Below the pieces are notes generated by a model. That model worked only from the letters and a program-made list of their open reading frames with translations. It did not search any database and was not told where the DNA came from. The position numbers and the translations under genes were made by a program. This document shows positions 1 through 10,725 of a stretch of 64,000 nt of DNA, one piece after another; within the stretch, counting starts at the first letter, position 1, and every line of letters starts with the position of its first letter. This DNA is from an uncultured bacterium (lineage in GTDB: Bacteria; Babelota; Babeliae; Babelales; RVW-14), in contig CAVXAT010000004.1 in NCBI GenBank assembly GCA_963759805.1, positions 32,001 through 96,000 of the forward strand. The letters run 5' to 3'.

Positions 1-1511
1 CTTTAATTATCGAAAATCACTACTCTGAACTGAAAAAAGAGTGGTGTCCGATGGATATTGAATGGGCAAAGGACAGCATAGATGGAAAGATTTATATCGT
101 TCAGGCGCGTCCTGAAACAGTTCATTCTCAGCAGACAAAGAATCTGTTTTTTGAAGAGTATATTTTATCTTCGGGTTCTGATAAAGCTGGCCCTGATAAA
201 AAAGATTTGATTATTGCCGGAAGAAGCATTGGGCGAAAAATCGTAACAGGTAAAGCCAGGCTTGTTGAGTCTGCCAAAAAAATGCACCAGATTGAGCAGG
301 GTGAGATTCTTGTGACAGATATGACTGATCCAGACTGGGAACCAATCATGAAGCTTGCAGGTGGAATTATAACCAACCGGGGAGGAAGAACGTGTCATGC
401 TGCAATTATTAGCAGAGAGATCGGAATTCCTGCAATAGTTGGAACGGGTAATGCGACACAAAAAATAAAAAATGGGCAGGTTATTACGCTGGATTGTAGT
501 AGCGGTGAGATTGGATCTGTCTACAATGGCAAAATTCCGTTTGATATTAAAAGAGTCGAATTAAGTGACATCAAAAAGCCACCGGTGGACATTATGATGA
601 ATGTTGGAAATCCGGATGAGGCTTTTAATTTTGCACTGTTGCCCAACAGTGGAGTAGGGCTTGCAAGGCTTGAATTTATAATTAATAACTCTATCAAAAT
701 TCATCCAATGGCATTGGCTTGCCCTGAAAAGGTTACAGATGTTGATGAAAATAAAAAAATTCAAGATTTGACCTATGGGTATAGTGACAAAAAACAGTTT
801 TTTATCGATAAACTTGCGCAAGAGGCTGGAACAATTGCTGCGGCATTTTATCCAAAGCCTGTGATTATCCGTATGTCAGATTTTAAGAGCAATGAGTACA
901 GATCTCTTATTGGGGGGATTTATTTTGAGCCTGAAGAAGAAAACCCAATGCTTGGATTTCGTGGTGCATCACGGTATTATAACGAAAAGTATAAGGCAGG
1001 TTTTGAGCTTGAATGTCTTGCCATGAAAAAAATTCGTGGCGAGATGGGAATGAAGAATGTTAAGCTTATGATCCCATTCGTGCGGACAATTGATGATGCC
1101 AAATCTGCGATTTCTGAGATGAAACGGCATGCGTTAGAGCAGGGTAAAGATAATCTCGAGATTTACATGATGTGCGAGATTCCGTCTAATGTTTTGCTGA
1201 TTGATCAATTTTCCAAAATATTTGATGGCTTTTCGATAGGGTCAAATGATTTAACGCAAATGGTCTTGGCTGTAGATCGTGATTCAGACTTTGTTGCAAA
1301 TATTTTTGATGAGCGCAATGAAGCTGTGAAAATTATGCTTGAAATGGCGATCAAAGGGGCTAAAAAAGTCGGGAAGAAGATTGGAATCTGCGGGCAGGCT
1401 CCCTCAGATTATCCTGAAATTGCAGAATTTCTAATAAAACTTGGTATTGACTCAATTTCATTAAATCCCGACTCTGTGCTAAAAGAAATCTTGTTGCTCG
1501 CAAAGAAATAA
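1..1511 (+). CDS. ppsA: phosphoenolpyruvate synthase (5'-truncated by window edge)
   Basis: Frame open from base 3 (LIIENHY...PMDIEWAKD); motifs IVQARPETV, GGRTCHAAI (phospho-His), GLARLEF, EEENPMLGFRGASRY, FSIGSNDL, GICGQ. Confidence 0.97.
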   Translation, partial: LIIENHYSELKKEWCPMDIEWAKDSIDGKIYIVQARPETVHSQQTKNLFFEEYILSSGSDKAGPDKKDLIIAGRSIGRKIVTGKARLVESAKKMHQIEQGEILVTDMTDPDWEPIMKLAGGIITNRGGRTCHAAIISREIGIPAIVGTGNATQKIKNGQVITLDCSSGEIGSVYNGKIPFDIKRVELSDIKKPPVDIMMNVGNPDEAFNFALLPNSGVGLARLEFIINNSIKIHPMALACPEKVTDVDENKKIQDLTYGYSDKKQFFIDKLAQEAGTIAAAFYPKPVIIRMSDFKSNEYRSLIGGIYFEPEEENPMLGFRGASRYYNEKYKAGFELECLAMKKIRGEMGMKNVKLMIPFVRTIDDAKSAISEMKRHALEQGKDNLEIYMMCEIPSNVLLIDQFSKIFDGFSIGSNDLTQMVLAVDRDSDFVANIFDERNEAVKIMLEMAIKGAKKVGKKIGICGQAPSDYPEIAEFLIKLGIDSISLNPDSVLKEILLLAKK

Positions 1512-1513
1512 TA

Positions 1514-1546
1514 AAACTCAGGGAGGCGCCAAGCCTCCCTGAGTTT
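1514..1546. terminator. intrinsic terminator between convergent genes
   Basis: 14-bp perfect inverted repeat aaactcagggaggc / gcctccctgagttt just after the ppsA stop. Confidence 0.85.
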
Positions 1547-1565
1547 GTGATGAGATGTCTGTTGG

Positions 1566-2231
1566 TTATTTTACATTCCAGTGACTTAAGACATTTGTGT
1601 GAGCCGGAACATAATTTTGTGGAGGAGACAACCGTGGTGGCGTTATCAGGCCCGAATTTGTTGTGCCTGGGAGTATCAGACCCCAATTTGTTGCGCCTGG
1701 ACAAGGGTCTGTGATATAGAGTTTATAAGTTTGCCCATTTACTGGACTTACTGCGTTAAAGTAAAGCATGATCTTTGGAAAGTTGTTCGAAAGACTCTGC
1801 AGAAATGTTTTAAGCTGAGTAAGCTGAGTAGCGAGCTGAGCATTTTGTTTGGATGCGTTTGAAATAGCTTTTGCCAGAGTCGACATAACTGAGGCATTTG
1901 GCAAAACGCCACGTTTAATCAAATTTTGGACTTGATTTGGATCCTTAACCAATGTAACGGAAGTTGGGTTATTTTGTGCCCACTCTGTAGTAAAGCCAAG
2001 CCTTCCTGCACTATAAGAGTTAATTCCATCCGGTGTGTATATAAAATTTGAACTAAGCATTGGATTGTTGGCGTTTATAAGAGCAAAAAGTTGCGCTATT
2101 GTGTAAGTCGTCCCTGCTTGTGGAGTCTTAATTGGAGACTGAATAGGTGCAGCATGTACTGCAGCACGGTAGCTTGTGATCAAAAGTGTTACAAGCAAAC
2201 AGAATGTTAGAAATCTTAAACTTATCTTCAT
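1566..2231 (-). CDS. hypothetical secreted protein
   Basis: 221-aa ORF, GGAGG-type RBS, signal-peptide-like N-terminus ending AVHA; 30-bp internal tandem duplication near 1644-1701. Confidence 0.75.
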   Translation of the reverse strand: MKISLRFLTFCLLVTLLITSYRAAVHAAPIQSPIKTPQAGTTYTIAQLFALINANNPMLSSNFIYTPDGINSYSAGRLGFTTEWAQNNPTSVTLVKDPNQVQNLIKRGVLPNASVMSTLAKAISNASKQNAQLATQLTQLKTFLQSLSNNFPKIMLYFNAVSPVNGQTYKLYITDPCPGATNWGLILPGTTNSGLITPPRLSPPQNYVPAHTNVLSHWNVK

Positions 2232-2462
2232 AAAACCCTCCCTTTCTCCCCCTCAAAAACGGTAAACATGTTAAATTTTATGTTTTTTTTATAATATTAT
2301 ATATTTCAAGCTGTAAATACATCATCAATTATCATATTACCGACTTATTTAAATTAAATGCAAGAAAAATATTATTTTGAATATTTATGTGGAAAGAATG
2401 GCAAAACCGGATGAATGCCAAAAGTTGGCGTAATCAAGATTTGGGGTGTTTTTTGATGTTGG

Positions 2463-3113
2463 CTATAACCAACCAAAGTATTTAACGATCTGTTTGATCA
2501 GATCAAATGAAAAATAGAGGCCTAGGATAATAAATGCGATTGACGTAGCGTAAGTTGCAAAATGAAGCTGTTTCTGCCCAAGAGTTTTGCGCAAGCTACG
2601 TGCAAAAATAGCAACTGTTGAAAATGTTGTCAAAGACCCAAGAGCAAGCATTATGCTGGCAGTTAAAGAATCAATGCGCGAAATTGTCACGATGTTATCC
2701 GGAATAACTTTGACACTGATAAACATAAAAAAGAAAATGGTAATTGGATTTATAAGGGTTAAAGCAAAAGATTTGGCAATTGTAACGAGTGCCGGCTCTT
2801 TGCATTCAATTTGATCTGAGTCATAAGACTGTTGTTTTATGAGCATTCGAATGCCTATAAAAATAAGAAGCATGCTAACAACTAAATCCATCGCCATGAC
2901 GACTTTACGGGATGTTTCTAAAAAACCAAGTATACCGACAAAGCTCAGCCCAAACAGTAACCCATCACCCATAGCGGCACCAAGGGCTGTTATGAAACCC
3001 TTTCTAAAGCCATATAGGGCTCCACGGTTAAATACTAATACAAAAATTGGGCCTATTGCGGCCGCAGCTGAAAGCCCTACCAGAAAACAATTTCGATATA
3101 AAATTAAATTCAT
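2463..3113 (-). CDS. LysE/RhtB family translocator
   Basis: GLSAAAAIGP...G...GF..ALGAAMGD and F.LTLINP motifs, about 6 hydrophobic segments. Confidence 0.88.
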   Translation of the reverse strand: MNLILYRNCFLVGLSAAAAIGPIFVLVFNRGALYGFRKGFITALGAAMGDGLLFGLSFVGILGFLETSRKVVMAMDLVVSMLLIFIGIRMLIKQQSYDSDQIECKEPALVTIAKSFALTLINPITIFFFMFISVKVIPDNIVTISRIDSLTASIMLALGSLTTFSTVAIFARSLRKTLGQKQLHFATYATSIAFIILGLYFSFDLIKQIVKYFGWL

Positions 3114-3233
3114 TTGGGACCCCTCTTACTTTTTAAAATCTTTCCATTATTCTAGATTTTAACACATAAAGAAGCAAAAAAGCCATTTGTAGATATTATA
3201 ATTCAAAATTAACACTTTTAAAAACGGGATTAC

Positions 3234-4592
3234 ATGAGAAATTCAATATCCTTTGGAACCGATGGGGTAAGAGGCCATTCAGATAGGCATCCTTTCACCA
3301 AAGAGGCGTTAAAGGCTTTTGGCATGGCAATTGCCCGTTGGGCAAACGAAAAATATGATAAAAATTGCTCCAAGGCTTTTACTGGGCCAAAAGTTCTAAT
3401 TGGATACGATACCCGCCTTTCAGGCATAAGAATAAAAAACGAGCTGATAGAAGGCTTAAATTGCTTTCCTGTTGAAATTGTTGATGGGGGAATTTTACCT
3501 ACACCTGCTGTGTACCGTTTAATCAGCATTGATGATACATTTGATTTCGGAATATCTATATCTGCTTCACATAATCCGTTTCATGATAACGGAATTAAGC
3601 TGTTTGATGCCCAAAAATGTAAATTGAGCCGTCAGGATGAAGAGAAAATTGAACAGTACTTTGATATTTATTTTAATAAAGCGGAATCTTTGGGCCAAAA
3701 TTCAGATAAGCGAGTCGAATGGGTGGATGCCGGACAAGCATATATCGATGCTATCTATTCAAAATTTACACCAAACTACTTATCAGGCATGAAAATTACT
3801 CTGGATTGTGCCAATGGAGCAACCTGCGAAATTGCACCTCAGCTTTTCAAAAAGCTTGGTGCGTCAGTTATCACTATCGGGTCAATGCCGTCCGGGCTTA
3901 ATATTAATGAAAATTGTGGATCAACTCACCCGGAAAGAATCAAAAATACTGTTATTGGAAATAAGTCGACATTAGGGTTTGCATTTGATGGGGATGGTGA
4001 CAGAGTCATTGCAATTAATAGTCTTGGCCAAATTAAAGACGGAGATGATATTTTAACAATTCTAACGCAGCATCCTGATTATAAAAGCGTTAATGATATA
4101 GTTGGAACCATCACAACAAACCAAGGATTTGAGGCCGAACTGCACAAATTAAACAAAAATCTGATTCGTACGCAGGTTGGGGATAAATATGTTGCGGCAG
4201 CGCTGGAAGAAAAAAACCTTTCATTGGGCGGGGAGACCTGTGGCCATATTATAATTAAAGAGTATATGCCGACAGGCGATGGCATTTACGTGGCACTCAA
4301 AACACTAGAATCGATTATTGCAAATCAAAACTTAGAGATGAAAACTTTTGATAAATATCCCCAAATTTCGCTAAATATTTCAGTCAAAGAAAAACGTGAC
4401 CTATCAAAACAACCATATTCAGATATAATCAAAAAGGCGCAGGAATCAATACAGGATGGACGAATTGTTGTCAGATATTCCGGAACGGAGAATCTTTTGC
4501 GTATAATGACTGAAGCAAAAACTGATAATATTGCGAGAGGCGTTGCTCAAAATCTTGCAAATGATCTTACGCAAGCTCTTGGACAAAAATAA
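3234..4592 (+). CDS. glmM: phosphoglucosamine mutase
   Basis: FGTDGVRG, ISASHNP, FDGDGDR, VGDKYV, GGETCGH, VRYSGTE motifs. Confidence 0.93.
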   Translation: MRNSISFGTDGVRGHSDRHPFTKEALKAFGMAIARWANEKYDKNCSKAFTGPKVLIGYDTRLSGIRIKNELIEGLNCFPVEIVDGGILPTPAVYRLISIDDTFDFGISISASHNPFHDNGIKLFDAQKCKLSRQDEEKIEQYFDIYFNKAESLGQNSDKRVEWVDAGQAYIDAIYSKFTPNYLSGMKITLDCANGATCEIAPQLFKKLGASVITIGSMPSGLNINENCGSTHPERIKNTVIGNKSTLGFAFDGDGDRVIAINSLGQIKDGDDILTILTQHPDYKSVNDIVGTITTNQGFEAELHKLNKNLIRTQVGDKYVAAALEEKNLSLGGETCGHIIIKEYMPTGDGIYVALKTLESIIANQNLEMKTFDKYPQISLNISVKEKRDLSKQPYSDIIKKAQESIQDGRIVVRYSGTENLLRIMTEAKTDNIARGVAQNLANDLTQALGQK

Positions 4593-4620
4593 CCTAATTT
4601 TAAAATGAAAGGGTGGGTAT

Positions 4621-5280
4621 ATGTTTTTGGATACACTTAAAAAAATAATGCACGAGTTTAAAAGTTTGTTTATTAGTGGCTTATTTACTATCATTCCAAT
4701 TGCAGCAACCGTATTTTTTATTAGCTTTACATACAATTTTTTACTTCGTTGTCTTGAACCGCTTTATAAAATAGAACCCCTAATTCTACATAAAATTCCC
4801 GGATCGCAATTTTTTTTAATAATAACTTTGATTATTTTGATGGGCATATTTTTAAAGATTTTCATAGCAAAAACAGTTATTCATTATTTTGAAAATATGG
4901 TTGATAAAATACCTCTTATCAGAGTTGTATATTCTGCGGCAAAAATATTGGTCGATTTCTTTAAATTCCCAAGCTCAACAGCTAAACCTAAAAAGGTTGT
5001 TCTAATTCCTTATCCCAGAAACGGACAGTTTCACTTAGCTTTTTTGCTTGAATCGGCGGATGATACATACAAAAAACTCCTTCCGCCATCTCACTGTCAA
5101 GATCCAAAAGAAAAGTATTATAAAGTTTTTATGCCAAATTCACCAAATCCGACAAGCGGATACTTTTTTATAATGCCTGAAAGAGATATAATTCACACGG
5201 ACATTACATTTGAGGAAGCAGTTAAAACACTTGTTTCTTGTGGACTTATAACCCCGGAATCGTTAAAAAATCTTGAATAA
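4621..5280 (+). CDS. DUF502 family membrane protein
   Basis: FISGL..IIP N-terminus, KIPLIRVVYS, VVLIPYPR, VFMPNSPNPTSG, EEAVK..VS.G. Confidence 0.88.
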   Translation: MFLDTLKKIMHEFKSLFISGLFTIIPIAATVFFISFTYNFLLRCLEPLYKIEPLILHKIPGSQFFLIITLIILMGIFLKIFIAKTVIHYFENMVDKIPLIRVVYSAAKILVDFFKFPSSTAKPKKVVLIPYPRNGQFHLAFLLESADDTYKKLLPPSHCQDPKEKYYKVFMPNSPNPTSGYFFIMPERDIIHTDITFEEAVKTLVSCGLITPESLKNLE

Positions 5281-5306
5281 TTCTCATAACTCATGAATAA
5301 AAGATA

Positions 5307-6359
5307 ATGGTTCTTATAAAATATTTTTTAAAAAGATTTTTTAAATACGTTTTTGTTGTTGGATTTTTTTTGGCTTTTTTGATCAATTTTATAGAATTTT
5401 TTGAAAAAATTGTACATGCAAAAGATGCAGGATTAAATACTATTTTAATGTTTGTTTCGCTTAATTTTATTCCATCCTTTTTTGATCTGCTTGGTGTCAG
5501 TTGTTGGCTTGCTACATGTTTATTAATTAAAGAGTTTTACCAGCAAAATGAGTGGGAAGCTTTTTCATTGCTTAACATAGGTTATAATAACATTGTGAAG
5601 TTATTTGTTTGGGCAAGTTTTTGTCTAATGCTTTTTAGTTTTGTTCTTAGAGAATCTTTCGTCGAGAGGCTAACTTCCTATGCAGAACAGTATAAAATGG
5701 AGAAATTTAAGCAAAAGTCGTCTCAAAAACTGCTCGGAAAATGGTTAATGTTAAACAAAGAGACAATTGCTTATTTGGGGGTCCTTGACCTTTCCACTAA
5801 CTCAGGGACGGATATGCTTATGCTTTATCTGAACCCCGACTTTACAATTAAAAAAGTGCTAAATTCAAAAAATTTTTACATAATTCCAGAAAAACAGGAG
5901 CTATGTATTCCGGCTGGTACTGAATTTGATATTGAAAATAACGTACCTGAAGCGATTAACGACTTAAAGTTGGTTGTGCCAACTCTGTTTTCTCAAGTTA
6001 AAATTAATCTGGATATTCCAACAATTTCTAATCTTTGTCAAAGCCTTTTAAATAGAAGTATCCTACCGGTTTCAGTTCAGAATGAATTGGTATACGCCAC
6101 AATTAGCCGATTGATTTCATATCTAAAGCTTATGTTTTATCCAATCCTCACATTTATGCTATTTATGCTTTTTAGCAATTTTATTATTTTGAAATGGGTT
6201 GCCATTCTGATGCCCTACGTTTTGTTTACATTTATTCCATTGCTTACTGATTATTTATTTACAATGGGTATTAACCCATTAATATTTTTATTTATTTATT
6301 TATTTATAGTTCTTTTAATGTTTTATCTACATCGCAGGATAGTTGTTCGGGAACAGTAG
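5307..6359 (+). CDS. LptF/LptG family permease
   Basis: LIKYFLK start, 3 TM + NEWEAF motif + soluble beta-rich domain + 3 TM architecture. Confidence 0.72.
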   Translation: MVLIKYFLKRFFKYVFVVGFFLAFLINFIEFFEKIVHAKDAGLNTILMFVSLNFIPSFFDLLGVSCWLATCLLIKEFYQQNEWEAFSLLNIGYNNIVKLFVWASFCLMLFSFVLRESFVERLTSYAEQYKMEKFKQKSSQKLLGKWLMLNKETIAYLGVLDLSTNSGTDMLMLYLNPDFTIKKVLNSKNFYIIPEKQELCIPAGTEFDIENNVPEAINDLKLVVPTLFSQVKINLDIPTISNLCQSLLNRSILPVSVQNELVYATISRLISYLKLMFYPILTFMLFMLFSNFIILKWVAILMPYVLFTFIPLLTDYLFTMGINPLIFLFIYLFIVLLMFYLHRRIVVREQ

Positions 6360-6472
6360 ATCGTAGAATTTAATCTTTTTTAAAAATAATTCGTTGAAAA
6401 AAGCTGTTATTATACTAGACTGAGAGCTGGTGTTCGATAGTATAATTAGTGTGTTTTTTACCGGGGATTATT

Positions 6473-7432
6473 ATGAATTTTCTTTTTCGCAAGTTATTAC
6501 AGGCAGCAGTTGTTGCTGGTATAATGTTAAATCTTGCATCTGCATATGATTTAAGCAAGAAGACATCAACTTCCATTTTTAAAGGTTTTGGAAAATATCC
6601 TTATCAACAGAAGTTCAATCCGTTTCGTAATGAGGTTGATTTGATACTTTATGGATGTCTCGATGAAAATTCAAATGTAAAGGTGGTTAAATCTGCTGAT
6701 GATTATGCAAACCTTGTTCCGGTTCAGATCACAATGAACTTCCCTGATAACGGCATAAAAATGAAAAGGACATATCATGGGTATTATGAAACGGCTACAA
6801 CAAAAATTGCAGATTCAACATTGAGATTTTTCGGAATGCTTCCGGGCGAAGATTACAAAAAAGACTTTAAAAACGATTTTTTAATGGCGGAATACGAAGC
6901 TGGAATGCCAATTAAAATGGTTTTTGCAAATTTAGATCAATTCAAGGCCGTAAAAAAATATCTTCAGGAGAAATTCGAAGGCCCAGAGGGTGTTAGTTCA
7001 GACCAAGTCTCAAAAAAGCCTCTTTTGCTTATCGAAATCGAAAGTGGAGAAGCAATTGAACAAGTGGATCTTGTTTTCCTGAATAATTATTTTGAGGTTG
7101 CAGATACAAGCGATGTCGCTGTTCAAGCATTCTTTGATAAAGTTGGAGAAAATATTGCAAATATCGGCTACATGAGAGAATTGGCTCAAGTTGGTAAGTC
7201 ATTTGGAGATATGATTATGGAATTGATTGACAAAGACTTTGATAGTGGAGATGTAAGCAAATTAACAATAAAAACTGTAAAGTGGCTTACCTTTGTGGCG
7301 TTGACTGCAGCCGCAATAAAGGTGGTAGATAAATTGGCAGATGCTTATATCACAAAGCCAATTGCGGTCAGACTTGGGGTGGAACCGGTCAAGGAAGTAT
7401 CAAAGCCGGCACTGCCAGCTCCTTCTAATTAA
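6473..7432 (+). CDS. hypothetical exported protein with C-terminal hydrophobic helix
   Basis: Long ORF (alternative GTG at 6449), signal peptide ending ASA, followed by terminator. Confidence 0.75.
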   Translation: MNFLFRKLLQAAVVAGIMLNLASAYDLSKKTSTSIFKGFGKYPYQQKFNPFRNEVDLILYGCLDENSNVKVVKSADDYANLVPVQITMNFPDNGIKMKRTYHGYYETATTKIADSTLRFFGMLPGEDYKKDFKNDFLMAEYEAGMPIKMVFANLDQFKAVKKYLQEKFEGPEGVSSDQVSKKPLLLIEIESGEAIEQVDLVFLNNYFEVADTSDVAVQAFFDKVGENIANIGYMRELAQVGKSFGDMIMELIDKDFDSGDVSKLTIKTVKWLTFVALTAAAIKVVDKLADAYITKPIAVRLGVEPVKEVSKPALPAPSN

Positions 7433-7451
7433 TAATTTAAAATACTAAGTC

Positions 7452-7487
7452 AAAAAGCCTCTTTCGAATTCGAAGGAGGCTTTTTTT
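7452..7487 (+). terminator. intrinsic terminator
   Basis: aaaaagcctctttcgaa-ttcgaaggaggc followed by T7. Confidence 0.85.
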
Positions 7488-7549
7488 ATATGTTATAATT
7501 AAGTTTGGTAAATGGTAAAAAGTATTCAAATTAAAATTAGGAGCCGGGA

Positions 7550-8068
7550 ATGAAAGCATTAATTCTATATAAAAGCAAATATGGCCACACAAAACAGTAT
7601 GCCCAGTGGCTTAATCAAGAGATTAAAAGCGATATCTTTGAGCTTGATAAATGTCCGTCGCTTGAAAACTATAATTTAATAATTCTGGGCGGTGGGGTTT
7701 ATATGGGCAAGATAAATGGCGCAGATTTTATTTCAAAAAATTGGAATATATTTAAAAACAAGAAAGTAATCTTATTCTCTACATCAGGAGCTGAGCCCCA
7801 CGATCCTGAAATTAAGGGCTTTTATGAAAAAAGTCTTCCGCAAGGCATTCGTACGCAGGTCAGATATTTTCCACTCAGTGGTGGTTGCGCTTACGAAGCT
7901 TTAACGTTTGTGCATAAGATTTTTTCGTTCATTGGATCTTTATTTCAGAAAAATCCACAAAAAAAATATGAAATGCGCCATGGTTTTAATCGTGTAAAAA
8001 AAGAGAATATAAATCCAATTTTGGATTATATAAAAACGTTACTCATGGAAAACATTTCCATATCTTAA
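7550..8068 (+). CDS. flavodoxin-domain protein (HemG/Flavodoxin_5-like)
   Basis: ILYKSKYGHTKQYA and IILGGGVYMG motifs; AGGAG RBS. Confidence 0.85.
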   Translation: MKALILYKSKYGHTKQYAQWLNQEIKSDIFELDKCPSLENYNLIILGGGVYMGKINGADFISKNWNIFKNKKVILFSTSGAEPHDPEIKGFYEKSLPQGIRTQVRYFPLSGGCAYEALTFVHKIFSFIGSLFQKNPQKKYEMRHGFNRVKKENINPILDYIKTLLMENISIS

Positions 8069-8077
8069 CGCTTGGGT

Positions 8078-8746
8078 TTACCCCAATCTTTGGTAGCGAT
8101 GAATAACTTTGCCAATTACTCTGAAATTATCTTTTCCTTTTACAAGAGCAACGGGTGAAGTTTTATGATTGATAGATTCAAGAACAATAAAGTCATCCGC
8201 ATAAGTGATTTGCATGATTGCCTTTATTGGATCATTTCCATACTCAACTGCTGCTATATCTCCTGAGCGGGTCCAAACTTCGGGTGATATTATAAGATAA
8301 TCACCTTTAATAAAATTTGGTGCCATCGTGTTGTTTTCAATGCACAGGCAGAACATCGAATCATCACTGCTATTCAAGACCGGGACAAAGATATCTTTGT
8401 ATCCGGTTGTTACCTGCATAACTTGATTGTTGTAAGGTGATGGATTTGCCGGAATATCTCCAACAACAGGAACAATTTTCAATTGCAAGTCAACGGAGGT
8501 TGTTTCGGGCATTTTCAGTGCGGTATCAAGGTTGTCCGTTCGTCCCTTACGTTGTGCAAATAATTCAATTGGATGTTTGCCAAATGCGGTTGAGAGTTTT
8601 TTTAGAGCATCCTCATTCCAGCGTCTTGTCCCATTTTTGATATGGGTGAGATAACTTTCGGATAGGCCGGTTTTTTCTGCTAAAACTTTGGTTGTCCATC
8701 CCATTTCGCGAAGTAATTCCTTTACTCTTAGCTCCGTTGAAGACAT
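8078..8746 (-). CDS. XRE-family HTH transcriptional regulator with S24-like C-terminal domain
   Basis: N-terminal HTH (LAEKTGLSESYLTHIKNG), C-terminal M.P....GD..I...GDIAAV...VIGKV pattern. Confidence 0.88.
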   Translation of the reverse strand: MSSTELRVKELLREMGWTTKVLAEKTGLSESYLTHIKNGTRRWNEDALKKLSTAFGKHPIELFAQRKGRTDNLDTALKMPETTSVDLQLKIVPVVGDIPANPSPYNNQVMQVTTGYKDIFVPVLNSSDDSMFCLCIENNTMAPNFIKGDYLIISPEVWTRSGDIAAVEYGNDPIKAIMQITYADDFIVLESINHKTSPVALVKGKDNFRVIGKVIHRYQRLG

Positions 8747-8959
8747 AGAAATTCCCTTCTTGGTTAATTCGAATTTTAAATTTTTATTCTCCGAATAATA
8801 TAAACCATGTCAAATTGAAATGCTACTAAAATTTCAAAAAAAATTATAGAAAATAATTTTTTCATTAAAAATAGTAGCTGAGTATGATTATTTTTGGAAT
8901 TCGAAATGTTTCAATGAGAAAGAAAGAAGATTATTTTGGCGGGACTTCGGCGAGCGCAT

Positions 8960-9646
8960 TTACTTCTTTGAGAGTTTTTTTAGTACAGCTTCAGCTTGGT
9001 GGTAGTTATCTATGGCCTCATAAACCTTATCCAGATGTTTTGCATTTAACTCGTTTTTGATTCCTATGCACTTCATGCCTGCGGCTTGTGCAGCATTAAA
9101 ACCATAAATAGAATCCTCAAAAACTATGCAATCTGTAGGTTTTACGCCCATCTTAGATGCGCTGTGCAAAAATAATGCAGGATCAGGTTTTGGGACAAAG
9201 TTTACGTCTGCTACGCAGTACATGTGTTTACCAAAAAAATGTTCCAAGTTAAGTTTTTGTGCAATGCGTTGTAGGCTTTTTGCATCGGCGTTTGTGGCAA
9301 TGCTTGTTGGAATGGAATTTTGTGTAAGTTTAGCGTGAAATTCTGCAAAGCCTTCGATAAACTCAAGTTGTTTTTCAAAGTATTCATGAGCCAAGGCGAT
9401 TTTCTTTTCAATAATCTCTTCAGTTGTATGTGGTAAATCAAATGTTTTCTTTAGCAAAAGAGACGATTGGTTTAGTCCGATCCCCGACATTGTTTGTATG
9501 ACTGCTTGTTGTTCGACCGTTAACTCTTTTACTCCACAGTATGCAAGGGTATCCAATGTGACTTTTTCCCAAATATGCTCAGTTTTGACAATGGTCCCAT
9601 CCATGTCAAAAATAATGGCTTTTACTGTTTTTTTGATTTCGTTCAT
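8960..9646 (-). CDS. HAD family phosphatase (beta-PGM/CbbY-like)
   Basis: IIFDMDGT, ATN, KPDP, VFEDS..G..AA..AGM motifs. Confidence 0.92.
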   Translation of the reverse strand: MNEIKKTVKAIIFDMDGTIVKTEHIWEKVTLDTLAYCGVKELTVEQQAVIQTMSGIGLNQSSLLLKKTFDLPHTTEEIIEKKIALAHEYFEKQLEFIEGFAEFHAKLTQNSIPTSIATNADAKSLQRIAQKLNLEHFFGKHMYCVADVNFVPKPDPALFLHSASKMGVKPTDCIVFEDSIYGFNAAQAAGMKCIGIKNELNAKHLDKVYEAIDNYHQAEAVLKKLSKK

Positions 9647-9940
9647 TACATTCTCCCCACCCTAACCAGAATTGTCCATGCCAGATGTATTTTAATCCCT
9701 GAGCATGTTAAAAGTATAGAATTTAAGTAAATTTTGTTCATATAAACAAGTTTAGCAGAAACGACAAACATGTCAAATGGAAATAAATAGGCGAAAAAAG
9801 AGCAAAAGCTTGGGGCGGTTGCCATTTTTATGATAATGGCTTATAATGTTATTTGTAATGGGGTTTTTTAAATAATCAAAACTCTCGTAATTTGTAAATA
9901 GTAATATTTGGGGGTTATTTTTATATAGGAGGTTTATCTT

Positions 9941-10528
9941 ATGAAAAGGATTATTTTGGGGCTTCTATTTTTAATGGGGACGTGTTTCAGCCAGTGTTTG
10001 GCATGGAGAATTCTTGGAATTAATAACGAATCAAATGAGGTTGTTGGCGTGCAGTTGGTAAAGGGATACGCTCCTTCGTTTAAAGCGATGATCCCTGCGC
10101 ATACCCTTCAGCAATTTGATCCCAGTGCTCAATTTGAATGCCCAAAATGTGAGTGGTTTATCAATCCGTTTAAAGATGTTGAGGACTACCTACTTGTCAC
10201 GGCCGGGGAAAAAAGTTTTATGATATTTGAAGGTGGCCATGTGGAGTCTTCGTCTGAGTTACAAAGTTGCCTTACCGATGTGTATGGGCATACTTATTGC
10301 GAAAAGATAAAACGTCATCAAGGACCATATGCGATTTGGGTATGCGAAGTTATGCGAAATCAAGGTTTGGAAGTTCAAAATTTAAAAATTTTGGCATGGG
10401 TAACGGGTCTTTCTGGGATGATACGTTCCCAAGATAGTGTTTTGAAGATAGGCCTGATAAAAACCAGGAAAAAACTATCTGCGAAATATCCTGATGGCTT
10501 CAGAGAAGATATAGTTTTAAGTTTGTAG
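9941..10528 (+). CDS. hypothetical secreted protein
   Basis: AGGAGG RBS, MKRIILGLLFL signal peptide, terminator downstream. Confidence 0.75.
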   Translation: MKRIILGLLFLMGTCFSQCLAWRILGINNESNEVVGVQLVKGYAPSFKAMIPAHTLQQFDPSAQFECPKCEWFINPFKDVEDYLLVTAGEKSFMIFEGGHVESSSELQSCLTDVYGHTYCEKIKRHQGPYAIWVCEVMRNQGLEVQNLKILAWVTGLSGMIRSQDSVLKIGLIKTRKKLSAKYPDGFREDIVLSL

Positions 10529-10556
10529 TAACTTGTCGTAATTTTAATTGATCTTT

Positions 10557-10589
10557 ACAAAAGCACACCAAGTCTTGGTGTGCTTTTGT
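10557..10589. terminator. intrinsic terminator
   Basis: 16-bp perfect inverted repeat acaaaagcacaccaag-t-cttggtgtgcttttgt. Confidence 0.85.
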
Positions 10590-10725
10590 CTTGAAAAGAT
10601 TCGCGTTTGCAAGTTGTGAATTTTAGGTTACTATTAGGTTTGTTTGCAAATCTTTGCAGACCAGTGTTAATCGCGAATTAGCGTTAATTTGTAGGGGCAA
10701 ATTTGCGCAATGAATAAGGGTTTTT

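Noticed and set aside
8078..8746. Prophage repressor marking a prophage
   Set aside because: Neighbours are a flavodoxin and a HAD phosphatase; no integrase, Cro or structural genes
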